A stretch of DNA of 64,000 bases from Candidatus Fervidifonticultor sextus (GCA_031459875.1 JAVKHQ010000005.1:1-64000), one strand, 5' to 3'. Shown: positions 30,364 to 40,508, counted from the stretch's first letter. A program made the numbers and translations. Notes: generated from the sequence alone by a model not told the origin.

Positions 30364-31311
30364 ATGCTGCGTTACCTGATCCGACGCCTGATCCAGACCG
30401 CAGTCCTGCTGCTGGTGGTCAGCGTGGTGGTGTTCGCGCTGGTCCTCCTGGCACCCGGCGGGCCGTCCATCCTGCTGGACCGCAGCATGGGCGCCGAGGA
30501 GATGGCCCGCATGCGCAGCCTGCTGGGCCTCGACCAGCCCCTGTACGTGCAGTACACCCGCTGGCTCGCGCAGGTATTGCGGGGCAACATGGGTGTCTCC
30601 TACCAGGCCGGGCTGCCAGTCCTGGAGATCATTGGCCAGATGCTCCCCAACACGCTGGTGCTCTCGGCCGCGGCCCTGGCGCTCGCGCTGGCCGTGGCCA
30701 TCCCCGCTGGCGTGGTCACCGCCGCGAGACCTTATACCGCCGTAGACCACGCCGTGACGTTCTTCTGTTTCTTCGGCGTCTCGATCCCTGTCTTCTGGTA
30801 CGGCTTGATGCTCATCGTGCTATTCTCCGTCGTGCTGAACTGGCTGCCGCCCGGCGGGATGTACACCATCGGCGGTCCCCGGACGCTCGCCGACCTCGGC
30901 CGCCATCTGGTACTGCCGGCGGTGGTGCTGGGCACCGCCAACATGGCGCTGTTCACCCGCTACACCCGCTCGTCGGTCATGGCGGTGCTGCGCCAGGACT
31001 ACCTCCGCACGGCGCGCGCCAAGGGCCTGGGACAGCGCAGCGTGCTCTACAAGCACGCCCTGCGCAACGCGCTGATCACGATCGTCACCGTCGTCGCCTT
31101 GCAATTGCCCCGGCTGGTAGGCGGCGCAGCCATCACGGAGACCGTTTTTGCCTGGCCCGGCATGGGGAGTCTGGCGGTCCGGGCTGCGTTCGAGCGCGAC
31201 TACCCCATGATCATGGGCATCACGCTCGTGATCTCCACGGTGGTGGCCGCCAGCAACCTGCTGGTGGACCTGGTGTATGTCTACCTCGATCCCCGCATCA
31301 GGTACGATTAG
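30364..31311 (+). CDS. Peptide ABC permease (DppB-like)
   Basis: DYLRTARAKGL, HALRNAL and DPRIRY. Confidence 0.92.
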   Translation: MLRYLIRRLIQTAVLLLVVSVVVFALVLLAPGGPSILLDRSMGAEEMARMRSLLGLDQPLYVQYTRWLAQVLRGNMGVSYQAGLPVLEIIGQMLPNTLVLSAAALALALAVAIPAGVVTAARPYTAVDHAVTFFCFFGVSIPVFWYGLMLIVLFSVVLNWLPPGGMYTIGGPRTLADLGRHLVLPAVVLGTANMALFTRYTRSSVMAVLRQDYLRTARAKGLGQRSVLYKHALRNALITIVTVVALQLPRLVGGAAITETVFAWPGMGSLAVRAAFERDYPMIMGITLVISTVVAASNLLVDLVYVYLDPRIRYD

Positions 31312-32155
31312 ACGCAGCCCGATCGGCGAGGTGCTCGCCCGCCTGCGGCGCAACCGGCTGGCGGTGGCCTCGCTGCTCGTGCTGGCCCTGCTCCACCTGG
31401 CGGTGGCCCTGGCGCCGTGGCTGGCGCCTCACGACCCCGAAGCGGTGGCGCTGGCAGAGCGCCTCCAGCCGCCCAGCGCCTCACACTGGCTGGGCACCGA
31501 CGAGTACGGTCGCGACGTGCTGACCCGGCTCCTCTATGGCGGCCGAGTCTCCCTGGCCGTGGGCCTGACCTCCATGGTCGTGTCCATGGTCCTCGGTGTC
31601 GCCGTCGGCGCGGCCGCGGGCTACGCCGGTGGCGTCACCGATGTGTTGCTCATGCGGATCACCGACGGCATGCTCTCCGTGCCGCTGTTCTTCATCGCGC
31701 TGATGGCGCTGGCCCTGCTGGGCGCCTCGATGCTCAACCTGGTAGCGGTCATCGCCCTCTCCAGCTGGATGACGGTGGCGCGCGTGGTCCGGGCCGAGGT
31801 GTTGCGTACCCGGGAGCTGGAGTTCGTGGCGGCCGCCCGCGCCCTCGGCTGCAGCGGGTGGCGGATTCTCGCCCGGCACGTGGTGCCCCAGTCCATCCCT
31901 TCCATCACAGTGGCGGCCACCCTGGGAGTTGCATACGCGATCTTGCTGGAAACCTCCCTGAGCTTTCTCGGCCTGGGCGTGCAGCCGCCCGCAGCGTCCT
32001 GGGGCAACATGCTCAGCGGCGCACGCACGTATTTGCGCACGGTGCCCGGGCTGGCCATCTTCCCGGGAATCCTGATCTTCATCACGGTCCTCTGCTACAA
32101 CTGGTTTGGCGACGGCCTGCGCGATGCAATCGACCCTACCCTCGCCGAACGGTAG
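31277..32155 (+). CDS. Peptide ABC permease (DppC-like)
   Basis: HWLGTDEYGRD, LSFLGLG, SWGNML and GDGLRDAIDP. Confidence 0.92.
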   Translation: MSTSIPASGTIRRSPIGEVLARLRRNRLAVASLLVLALLHLAVALAPWLAPHDPEAVALAERLQPPSASHWLGTDEYGRDVLTRLLYGGRVSLAVGLTSMVVSMVLGVAVGAAAGYAGGVTDVLLMRITDGMLSVPLFFIALMALALLGASMLNLVAVIALSSWMTVARVVRAEVLRTRELEFVAAARALGCSGWRILARHVVPQSIPSITVAATLGVAYAILLETSLSFLGLGVQPPAASWGNMLSGARTYLRTVPGLAIFPGILIFITVLCYNWFGDGLRDAIDPTLAER

Positions 32156-32176
32156 GCCATGGAGGTGATCGCTCCC

Positions 32177-33298
32177 ATGCCCACGGCCACCTTGGCGCTC
32201 ACCGGCGATCTGATGCTCAACCAGCCCATCGTCCAGGGGGGCCGATCGCCCGGCAGCGCGGCTGTCTGGGCGCTCCTGGACGGCGCGGATCTGGTCTTCG
32301 TCAATCTCGAGTGCCCGCTGACCAGCCGGTGGGCGCCGGCAGACAAGGTCGTAACGTTCCGCAGCGACCCGCACCTGGCTCGCGACCTGGTCGCCGCCGG
32401 CGTGGACGTGGTGACGGTGGCGAACAACCACATGTACGACCAGGGTGCCGAGGGCATGTTCGACACGCTGGCCGCACTGCGGGATGCAGGCCTGGCCCCA
32501 GTCGGTGGGGGCGAGCACCTGGACGCCGCGCTGAGGCCAGCGGTCCTGCCGGCTGGCGGGATGCGAATTGCCTTCCTCGGCGTCGCGACCACGCTGCCGG
32601 TCGGTTGCGCCGCCGCGCCGGACCGGCCCGGCCTGGCACCCATCCGCGTCACCACCAGCTACGTGGTCGACGCCTCCGGCCTGGAAGAGACGCCTGGGAT
32701 CGCGCCCTTTGTGGAAACACGCGCCTGGCCCGGCGACGTGGAGGCGGTGGTCGCTGCGGTCGGCGCCGCCAGGCGCCAGGCCGATGCCTGCGTGGTTGGC
32801 ATCCACTGGGGGGTGCCCAACGGCTGGGTGGCCCAGTTCCAGGATCCTCTCGCCACGTACCAGCGGCCGCTGGCGCGGGAGCTGGTACGCGCCGGCGCTG
32901 ATGTGGTGGTCGGCCACCATCCCCACGTGTTGCACGGCATCGAGATGCTCGACGGGCGGCCGGTATTCTACAGCCTGGGCAACTTCGTCTTCCACACGCT
33001 GCGGGTGGGCGCGCAGCCGGCGCTGCGGCGGCCTGACCCCCCGTACAGCTGGCGGAGCCTGCGGTCGCCGGTCAATCTCGATTCAGCGGTCGCCCTCGTC
33101 ACTCTGGACGCCGGCCGGGTCGCGGCCATCCAGATCGTTCCACTTGTGCTCAACGGGGTCGGAGACCCCGAGCTGGCCACGGGCGCGGACGCCACGCGGA
33201 TCCTGGCGGCGCTGGGCGCGCTGTCGGAGCCCCTGGGGACGCGGATTGCCCCAGACGGCGATCGCGGGCGAGTGGAGCTTTGCGGGTCGGAACCGTGA
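32177..33298 (+). CDS. CapA/PgsA-family metallophosphoesterase-fold protein, cytoplasmic
   Basis: GDLML, NLE, ANNH..D, HWG, GHHPHV and YSLGNF; no signal peptide. Confidence 0.88.
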   Translation: MPTATLALTGDLMLNQPIVQGGRSPGSAAVWALLDGADLVFVNLECPLTSRWAPADKVVTFRSDPHLARDLVAAGVDVVTVANNHMYDQGAEGMFDTLAALRDAGLAPVGGGEHLDAALRPAVLPAGGMRIAFLGVATTLPVGCAAAPDRPGLAPIRVTTSYVVDASGLEETPGIAPFVETRAWPGDVEAVVAAVGAARRQADACVVGIHWGVPNGWVAQFQDPLATYQRPLARELVRAGADVVVGHHPHVLHGIEMLDGRPVFYSLGNFVFHTLRVGAQPALRRPDPPYSWRSLRSPVNLDSAVALVTLDAGRVAAIQIVPLVLNGVGDPELATGADATRILAALGALSEPLGTRIAPDGDRGRVELCGSEP

Positions 33299-33374
33299 CG
33301 CCAGGGGGAGTTCGCGCCAGTGTCGGCAAAGTCGCCAGCAGCACGCTCAACCCCACGCGGCAGGGAGGGGTGCC

Positions 33375-34443
33375 ATGAAGATCACCATTGTGGGCGCCGG
33401 CGCCATCGGCGGCACCATGGGCGCCTATCTCGCGCGCGCCGGCTGCGAGATCACCTTCGTCGACGTGGCCGAGGACCATGTGGAGGCCATCAATACCCGT
33501 GGCCTCACCATCGAGAGCCAGGACGAGACCTTTACGGTGGGGGCGCGGGCCCTCCTCCCGGACCAGATGCAGGGTCCACTGGGGATGGTCTTCCTGGCCA
33601 CCAAGACCATGCACACGGACATCGCCGCGCGCCAGATTGCCCCCCATCTGGCCCCAGACGGCGCCATCGTCTCGATGCAGAACGGGTTCAACGAGGAGCG
33701 CATCGCGGCCGTTGTGGGTGCCCAGCGCACCATCGGTGCGTGCGTCAACTTCGGCGCCGACTATCTCGAGCCGGGCCGCATCATGTTCGGCGGCGCGGGG
33801 GCGCTCTACGTGGGCGAGCTCGACGGCACCACCTCGGCCCGCGTGGTCGAGGTGGTGGAAGCGCTGCGGTCGAGCTTCCTGCCCCACGCCCAGGCCACCA
33901 CCAACATCTGGGGGTACCTGTGGGGCAAGCACGCGTACGCGGCAATGCTGAAGGCCACCGCCCTGACCGACGAGACCATCGCCGACGTGCTGGCCCATCC
34001 CGAGGCCAGGCCGGCGCTGGCGAACCTGGCGGCCGAGGTGCTGGCCCTCGCCGAAGCCGAGGGCGTGCGGCCCGAGGCGTTCGACGGATTCGAGCCTGAT
34101 GCGTTCGTCTTCCCCCCCCCGCCGCGACCAGGCCAGGATGGAAGCCAGCCTCGACGCCCTGGTCGCGGTCAACCGCAAGTGGGCCAAGGCCAGGAGCGGC
34201 GTCTGGCGGGACCTGGCGGTGCGCATGCGCAAGACCGAGGTCGAAACCGTGGCAGCGGAGCTGCGCGGACGGGCCCTGAAGCACCGCATCCCTATCCCTT
34301 TGGTGGATGCGGTCGCCGGCATGATCGGCGAGGTCGAAGCGGGGAAGCGGTCCAGAAGCTGGGGCAACATCCGGGCGCTGGCCCACCTGAATACGCGCAC
34401 CTACGGCGCCCGGGCTGAGGGCGAGGTGGCCGGTTATGTCTAG
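33375..34443 (+). pseudogene. Ketopantoate-reductase (PanE/ApbA)-like oxidoreductase, frameshifted at a C9 run
   Basis: GAGAIGG, QNG and WGK in one frame; C-terminal SGVWRDL...KTEVE in the +1 frame after C34112-34120; could be a sequencing artefact. Confidence 0.8.
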
Positions 34444-35275
34444 CGCGGCGCCGCCATCTGGGCACGGACCGCAGGCAGGGCCAACCTACGCGGTGGATCC
34501 TCTGGACTTCTCCGGACGCGTGGTGCTGGTCACCGGAGCCGCCCACGGCATCGGGCGCGGCATCTGCGAGGCGTTTGCCGGCCGTGGCGCGACGGTCTGG
34601 GGCTGTGATGTGCTCGAGGAGGAACTGGCCGAGACCGTGCGGCGCTGCCGCGCGGCTAGCGGGACCGCCCACGGACGCACGGTCGATGCCACAGAGGCAG
34701 CGTCTGTGCACACGTTCGTGGAAGAGATCTGCGACAGGCATGGCGCCGTCGACGTGCTGGTCCATGCTGCGGGCGGGGTTCAGTATCAGCTTCCCCGGCC
34801 AGTGGAGACGGTCCCTCTCGACGACTGGCGCCGCATCGTCGCCGCCAACCTTGACAGCGCGTTCCTGTTCGTGCGGGCCGTGGTGCCGGGCATGAAGGCG
34901 AGGAGGTTCGGGCGGATCGTTACCATCTCGTCCGGGGCTGGCCGCTCCTACAGCCAGACCGGCATCCAGGCCTATGCTGGAGCAAAGGCCGGGCTGATCG
35001 GATTTACGCGCCAGATCGCCCGCGAGCTGGGCCCGTGCGGGATCACTGCCAACTCCGTGGCGCCAGGTTTCGTGCTTTCCAACCCGTCGTCGATCGCCCA
35101 GTGGGAAGCCCTGGGCACCGAGGGACAGGCAAGGTTTCTCGACGCGCTGGCGGTGCGGCGCCTGGGCACGCCCGAAGATGTGGCGCTGGCGGTGCTCTTC
35201 TTCGCCTCGCCCTGCGCGTCGTACATCACTGGCCAGACGCTGAGCGTCGACGGCGGCCGCTGGATGCTGGGTTGA
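34436..35275 (+). CDS. Short-chain dehydrogenase/reductase (FabG-like)
   Basis: TGAAHGIG, YxxxK (YAGAK), APG and ITGQTLSVDGG. Confidence 0.92.
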   Translation: MSSAAPPSGHGPQAGPTYAVDPLDFSGRVVLVTGAAHGIGRGICEAFAGRGATVWGCDVLEEELAETVRRCRAASGTAHGRTVDATEAASVHTFVEEICDRHGAVDVLVHAAGGVQYQLPRPVETVPLDDWRRIVAANLDSAFLFVRAVVPGMKARRFGRIVTISSGAGRSYSQTGIQAYAGAKAGLIGFTRQIARELGPCGITANSVAPGFVLSNPSSIAQWEALGTEGQARFLDALAVRRLGTPEDVALAVLFFASPCASYITGQTLSVDGGRWMLG

Positions 35276-35315
35276 CAGCCGCAATCACGACAGACGCCTC
35301 ACGAGGGGGACACGG

Positions 35316-37052
35316 ATGGCTCGCTGGATCATGACCACCCCGCCGTACGATCAGGTGAATGCCGCCCGCATGATGGCCGACGTCGAGGCCCTGGCACGCT
35401 GGGTCCGGCTGTCGGGCACCTCGCACGAAATGGAAGCCGTTCGATACGCGCAGAAACGACTCCGCGCCGCCGGATGTCAGACGCGGGTCATCCTGCACGA
35501 TGCCTTCATCAGCCTCCCTGGCACGGCGTCCCTGCAGGTGCTGACCGGCGGGTCGGCGGCTGCGGTCCCCTGCATCACCCATTCGTTCGCGGCGCCCACC
35601 GGGCCCGGCGGCCTCGAGCGCGCGGCAGTGTACGCGGCCGTCCCCGCCGACCTGGCAGGCGTCGCGGCTGGCAGGATCGCGGTCGTCGATGGGCTGGCAA
35701 GCCCGGCTGTGGTGCGCGCCGTGGAGATGGTCGGCGCTGCGGGGCTGGTCTGCCTCAACCGGGATCCCTACGTCCACGAGATGATCGTGTCGCCCGTCTG
35801 GGGCAGCCCCACCCTGGAGGACCTGGCGGCGCTGCCGAAGATCCCCGTGGTGTCGGTAGCGGGGCGCGACGCCGGCCCCGTGCGCGAGGCGGCGCGGACG
35901 GGCGCCCGTTTACGGCTCTTCGCGGAGGTCGACACCCGGTGGCGCAAGACCCCGATCCTGATCGGAGAGTTGCCGGGCGCGGTGGAGGAGACCTTCGTGC
36001 TCTTCTCAGGGCATCTGGACTCGTGGCATCGCGGCGCCATGGACAACGGGGGGGCCAACGCCACGATGTTGGAGCTGGCACGGGTGATGGGGTCGGTGCG
36101 GCGCTACCGCGGCGTGCGGTTTGCGTTCTGGTCGGGTCACTCCCACGGCCGCTACTCGGGCTCCACGTGGTACGCGGACCACTACTGGCACGAATTGGAC
36201 GCACGTTGCGTGCTGCACCTCAATGTGGATTCCACCGGTGGTCGAGGATCGGTCCTCAACCGGCACGCCTATGCCATGCCCGAGACGCGCGGGGTCGCGG
36301 ATGCGGTGATCCGAGAGCTTGCCGGCGGTCGCTTCGTAGGCCAGCGCGTCGGACGGATGGGCGACCAGTCGTTCCTGGGCGTCGGCCTGCCCTCGCTATT
36401 GATGGACATCTCCGAGCAGGAGGGCACGTCGCCGGAAGCCAGCGTGGACTTCTCCGCCTTCAGCGGAGGCGGAACTGGCGGGCTGGGTTGGTGGTGGCAC
36501 ACGACCGAGGACACACCCGACAAGATCGACCCGGCGTTGCTGGAAAGGGATGCCAGGGTCTACCTTGGTATCCTGCACGCATTCGTGACCTCGCCGGTCC
36601 TGCCGCTGGACTACGGCGCGGCGGCGCACGAGTGGTTGAAGCGGCTGCGTGAGGTCCGGGCGGCCTCTACCTGGGCCGATGTGAAAGGGGCGCTGGCCGA
36701 GGCACGCAGGCTCGCGCACGCGGCCGAGCTCCTGCACCGGCACGCGCAGGCAGTGGCGGCGTCCGGCGACCGGTCGAGCATCAGGGCCACCAACGCCGCG
36801 CTGATGGCCATGGGACGTGCTCTGATCCCCATCGACTTCACGCGGGCCGGCCGCTTCGGCCACGACCCCGCCCTGCCCCAGTCAGATCCCCCGCACTTGG
36901 CGGCGCTGCGCGCGCTGGCGCATGCGTCAGGCGATGAGGCGAGGCACCTGGCCGTGCAGGCGGTGCGGGATCTCAACGCCATCCGCCACGCGCTGGCCAC
37001 GGCCGCCCAGGCCGCGGAAGCGGTGGTCTCAGCCCCGCGGCCAAGTCGCTGA
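35316..37052 (+). CDS. Second PA-domain M28-fold hydrolase (atypical active site)
   Basis: SGHLDSW..GAMDNGG, WSGHSHGRY and WWWHT.EDT.DK; paralog of 26900-28666. Confidence 0.8.
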   Translation: MARWIMTTPPYDQVNAARMMADVEALARWVRLSGTSHEMEAVRYAQKRLRAAGCQTRVILHDAFISLPGTASLQVLTGGSAAAVPCITHSFAAPTGPGGLERAAVYAAVPADLAGVAAGRIAVVDGLASPAVVRAVEMVGAAGLVCLNRDPYVHEMIVSPVWGSPTLEDLAALPKIPVVSVAGRDAGPVREAARTGARLRLFAEVDTRWRKTPILIGELPGAVEETFVLFSGHLDSWHRGAMDNGGANATMLELARVMGSVRRYRGVRFAFWSGHSHGRYSGSTWYADHYWHELDARCVLHLNVDSTGGRGSVLNRHAYAMPETRGVADAVIRELAGGRFVGQRVGRMGDQSFLGVGLPSLLMDISEQEGTSPEASVDFSAFSGGGTGGLGWWWHTTEDTPDKIDPALLERDARVYLGILHAFVTSPVLPLDYGAAAHEWLKRLREVRAASTWADVKGALAEARRLAHAAELLHRHAQAVAASGDRSSIRATNAALMAMGRALIPIDFTRAGRFGHDPALPQSDPPHLAALRALAHASGDEARHLAVQAVRDLNAIRHALATAAQAAEAVVSAPRPSR

Positions 37053-37209
37053 GGATGTCGCCCACCGAGTTCTCCGCCAGCGTGACGTCGAAGGCCTGGG
37101 GAGGGGTGCACCAACGCGGGTGACGCGGCGGGTCACGATCATCGGTTCCTGCGCTGTCGCCGACCTTAGGCGACGGCGCACTGGAGGACTCGCCCCCTTG
37201 CCCGCCCCG

Positions 37210-37938
37210 ATGCGACTGCCTGGCGTCTTGCTGGCCGCCGTGGTGGTCGGTGCCGCGTTCAGCCTCCCCCGGCCCGCTCCGGTATCACCGTCCGCCCCGG
37301 CAACACCCGATCCGTTCGCCGACGCCCGCCGGACGATGGTGGAGACCCAGATCCGGGCGCGAGGGATCCGCGACGAACGGGTCCTGCGCGCGATGCTGAC
37401 CGTCCCCCGGCACCGCTTCGTCGACGCCCGCTATCTCGCGCAGGCCTACAACGACCACCCGCTGCCCATTGGCTACGGCCAGACCATCTCGCAGCCCTAC
37501 ATCGTGGCCCTCATGTCCGAGCAGGCCTCGGTGCGGCCGGGGAACCGCGTGCTGGAGATCGGCACGGGCTCGGGCTATCAGGCCGCGATCCTGGCTGAAC
37601 TCACCGATCAGGTCTACACCATCGAGATCATCGAGCCCCTGGCCCGCGCCGCCGAGCAGCGGCTGCGGGACCTCGGCTACCGGCAGGTACGCACGCGCAT
37701 CGGCGACGGCTACCTGGGCTGGCCCGAGGCCGCGCCCTTCGACGCGATCCTGGTTACCGCCGCGCCCGACCACGTGCCGCCTCCGCTGGTCCAACAATTG
37801 AAGGAAGGAGGTCGGATGGTGATCCCGGTCGGCCCGCCCGGGCTGGTGCAGACCCTGTGGCGCATCACGAAGGCCGACGGGCAGCTGAAGTTCACCAATC
37901 TGGGCGACGTGGCGTTCGTGCCGCTGGTGCGCCGGTAG
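37210..37938 (+). CDS. pcm: Protein-L-isoaspartate O-methyltransferase
   Basis: VPRHRF, GQTISQPYIVA, VLEIGTGSGYQAA and APFDAI; hydrophobic N-terminal extension. Confidence 0.92.
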   Translation: MRLPGVLLAAVVVGAAFSLPRPAPVSPSAPATPDPFADARRTMVETQIRARGIRDERVLRAMLTVPRHRFVDARYLAQAYNDHPLPIGYGQTISQPYIVALMSEQASVRPGNRVLEIGTGSGYQAAILAELTDQVYTIEIIEPLARAAEQRLRDLGYRQVRTRIGDGYLGWPEAAPFDAILVTAAPDHVPPPLVQQLKEGGRMVIPVGPPGLVQTLWRITKADGQLKFTNLGDVAFVPLVRR

Positions 37939-40414
37939 CCCCGGGAGCCCAGGCGGAGGTGCCCGGCCCGCGGGACCATCCGGCCCGGTGCGCCACGAGG
38001 CCTGCCCCTGCGTAGGCCAGCGCTCCCGCCAGCAGCACAGGCCGGAACCCCCCTTCCAGGGCGAGCATCGCGGCCAGGATGGAGGCGAGCACCGAGGCAC
38101 AGCCGTTGATCCCCCACGCCCACGGCACGAGTCGGGGATCGAACCGTCCGACCAGGGCGATCCCGGCGGGAAAGGGCATGCCCATGAGGATGCCCGAGGG
38201 CCCGATCACTGCGGCCAGGACGGCGAGCCGGCCCGGGGTGGCCAGGCCGAGGGCGGCGTCGAGGATCTGCGGCAGCGTCCAGGCGATCGCGGCGACCACT
38301 GCGGCCAGCGCGACAGCCACCGGCAGCAGTCGTCGGCCCACGCGCGGGGCCAGCAGGCTGCCGGCGCCCGACGACACCAGCAGCCCGGCGAGCACGACGG
38401 CTGCGGCGTGGGTCGGGGAGCCCAGGACCAGGATCATCTGCTGCAGCAGGGGGATCTCCACGAAGAGAAACGCCAGACCCAGGAGCAGGAAGTAGAGGAA
38501 GACGCTCCGCCCCCCGGGACCGGTCGCCGCCGTCGCCGGGACGCCCACCACGCGGAGCGGGGCCAGGATCAGCGCCGCACTCAAGAGGGCGACGATCGCC
38601 AGCAACCCGACCAGGACCAGGTAGCCGCCGCCGCCGAACGGCTGCCAGGTCCTCCCGAGAGTGGCCAGAATCCTCGGCACCTGCTGCCACCGGAAGAAGT
38701 GAAAGAAGAATGGCCACCCGTCGCGCGCCGGCCGCACATCGAACGGATACCCGCCAAGGAACGCCGAGCGCCGGACCGGGTCGAGGATCGCGAGGAAGGC
38801 CGCCCGGTGGAGGTCTGTCGGCATCACGGTATAGCGGTTGGCGGCTTCGACCTCCACGCCCGGCGCGTAGGTGATGTCGAACCGGCGCGAGGCCGCAAAT
38901 GCCCGCACGGCCGCCACGTCGGCGGGCGCGAAGCCGTCCGGCTTGACCAGCACGGTCATCGTGTTCAGGGAACGCAGGGCGACCAGTCGGGAGGCGGGGT
39001 CGGGCGGCCCGGTGGCCCGCATGCCCCCGCGGCCGGAGGGGGCCGACCGCTCCAGCGCCAGCACCGCCGCAGCCCAGACGCGGATCTCCTCGCTGGGCGG
39101 CGTCTGGATCCACCGCGTCACCGCCAGCACGCCGCCGGGGGCCAGGCATTTCAGGTAGGCGCCCATGGCCTCCACGGTGTACAGGTAGTGCTCCGCCAGC
39201 GAGAACGCACCGGAGGCCACCACCTGAAACGATTCGAGTAGAGGGACCTGGATGACGTCGAAGCGCTCACGGGTCCGCCGGAGATAGGTGCGCGGGTGTT
39301 CCACGACGATCCGGACTTGGGAGGGAGCGCCCGGTGCGTCGAGGACGCCTCTGCCGAAGCGGCGCGCGGCCTCCGCGACCAGAGGGTTGGCCTCCAGGAT
39401 CGTGACCGGGCCCATCCCCTGGTGGAGCGCGCCGAGCACCTCGACGCCCATGCCCACGATCAATGCCCGGCCCGAGCGGAGATGGTAGGCGACCGCCGTC
39501 GGCAGATATTCCGTGAAGGTGGCATCCGTCCCCACCGGCAGCCCTCGGGTGCCCTCGCCGTCGATCGTCAGGCCCGGCAGCGAGGGTGGGATCCCGGCAA
39601 ACACGTGGCTGAGTCCCGGCGCCGACCGCACCGCGGCGCTGCGCACCACGTCCACCCGTGAGATGGCATTCTCCCGTGAGAACACCACACGGGCATCGGG
39701 GAGACGGCGGAGCTGGCTGAGGCTCTTGTACGGCGACAGGGGGAGTTCGACGGGCAGGGTCGCCCCGAGCGCGGTGACCACGGCCAGGGCGGCAGCCCCC
39801 AGCGTCTTGGGGGCCCACGCGCGCCGGTGCGAGGCCGCCCACAGGATGGCGCTCCCGGCCGCCGCGGCCGCCCCCGAGGCGATCATGCAGCCCGGTCCCC
39901 CCAGCGTTTCCAGCAGCGGCACCGCAGCCAGCGCGCCGCCCGCCGCGCCAAGGAATGAGGCGGCATAGAGGCTGCTGGCGCGATGGGGAAACCCGGCCAG
40001 TAGCACGCCGGTCACCAGGCCGCCGAAGAAGAAGGGTAGGACGAGTGCCGCCACCACGACCGCCAGGAACAGCCACTGGGTTGGATCCAGGGCGACCAGG
40101 TAGGCGTCGGCGGGGACCGTGACGACCGCCAGCAGCGCCAGACCGACCGACGGCGCCACCGCCAAGGCTGCCCACGCCGCGGTCGGCAGCGGCGCGCCGC
40201 GCAGCACCGGGACGACGGCCAGCGCGGTCCCGCTGGCCCCGAAGCCCAGCAGCCCCAGGCCCACGGCCATGAAGGCGAAGTGGTGCCACTGCACGAAGGA
40301 GAAGATCCGCGTGAGGGCGACCTGCTCGATCAGCGTGGCGGCGGCGACCAGCGCGACGCCCGCGTGGACACCCGCGCCGGCGGCCCCGCCCCCCTGGCGG
40401 CGTGGCTCGGTCAC
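37892..40414 (-). CDS. Polytopic membrane protein with a spermidine-synthase-like SAM-binding domain
   Basis: TM blocks at both ends; central ISRVDV, ILEANP, FDVI and YTVEA; VPWAWGING. Confidence 0.75.
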   Translation of the reverse strand: MTEPRRQGGGAAGAGVHAGVALVAAATLIEQVALTRIFSFVQWHHFAFMAVGLGLLGFGASGTALAVVPVLRGAPLPTAAWAALAVAPSVGLALLAVVTVPADAYLVALDPTQWLFLAVVVAALVLPFFFGGLVTGVLLAGFPHRASSLYAASFLGAAGGALAAVPLLETLGGPGCMIASGAAAAAGSAILWAASHRRAWAPKTLGAAALAVVTALGATLPVELPLSPYKSLSQLRRLPDARVVFSRENAISRVDVVRSAAVRSAPGLSHVFAGIPPSLPGLTIDGEGTRGLPVGTDATFTEYLPTAVAYHLRSGRALIVGMGVEVLGALHQGMGPVTILEANPLVAEAARRFGRGVLDAPGAPSQVRIVVEHPRTYLRRTRERFDVIQVPLLESFQVVASGAFSLAEHYLYTVEAMGAYLKCLAPGGVLAVTRWIQTPPSEEIRVWAAAVLALERSAPSGRGGMRATGPPDPASRLVALRSLNTMTVLVKPDGFAPADVAAVRAFAASRRFDITYAPGVEVEAANRYTVMPTDLHRAAFLAILDPVRRSAFLGGYPFDVRPARDGWPFFFHFFRWQQVPRILATLGRTWQPFGGGGYLVLVGLLAIVALLSAALILAPLRVVGVPATAATGPGGRSVFLYFLLLGLAFLFVEIPLLQQMILVLGSPTHAAAVVLAGLLVSSGAGSLLAPRVGRRLLPVAVALAAVVAAIAWTLPQILDAALGLATPGRLAVLAAVIGPSGILMGMPFPAGIALVGRFDPRLVPWAWGINGCASVLASILAAMLALEGGFRPVLLAGALAYAGAGLVAHRAGWSRGPGTSAWAPGATGAPAARTPRRPDW

Positions 40415-40462
40415 GGCATGGCCTTCGCGGCCGCCGCGGGGCGGTCCTACCGCGCCGGGCGC

Positions 40463-40508
40463 GAAGGATCTTTTCGGATGCCCAGGAGAATTTCAGAAGG
40501 ATTTTTTC
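40463..40508. promoter_or_regulatory. Pair of near-identical boxes, probable RpiR operator
   Basis: gaaggatcttttc (40463-40475) and gaaggattttttc (40496-40508), 33 bp apart. Confidence 0.55.

Noticed and set aside
32177..33298. Poly-gamma-glutamate capsule synthesis locus
   Set aside because: No capB/capC and no membrane anchor; the context is catabolic
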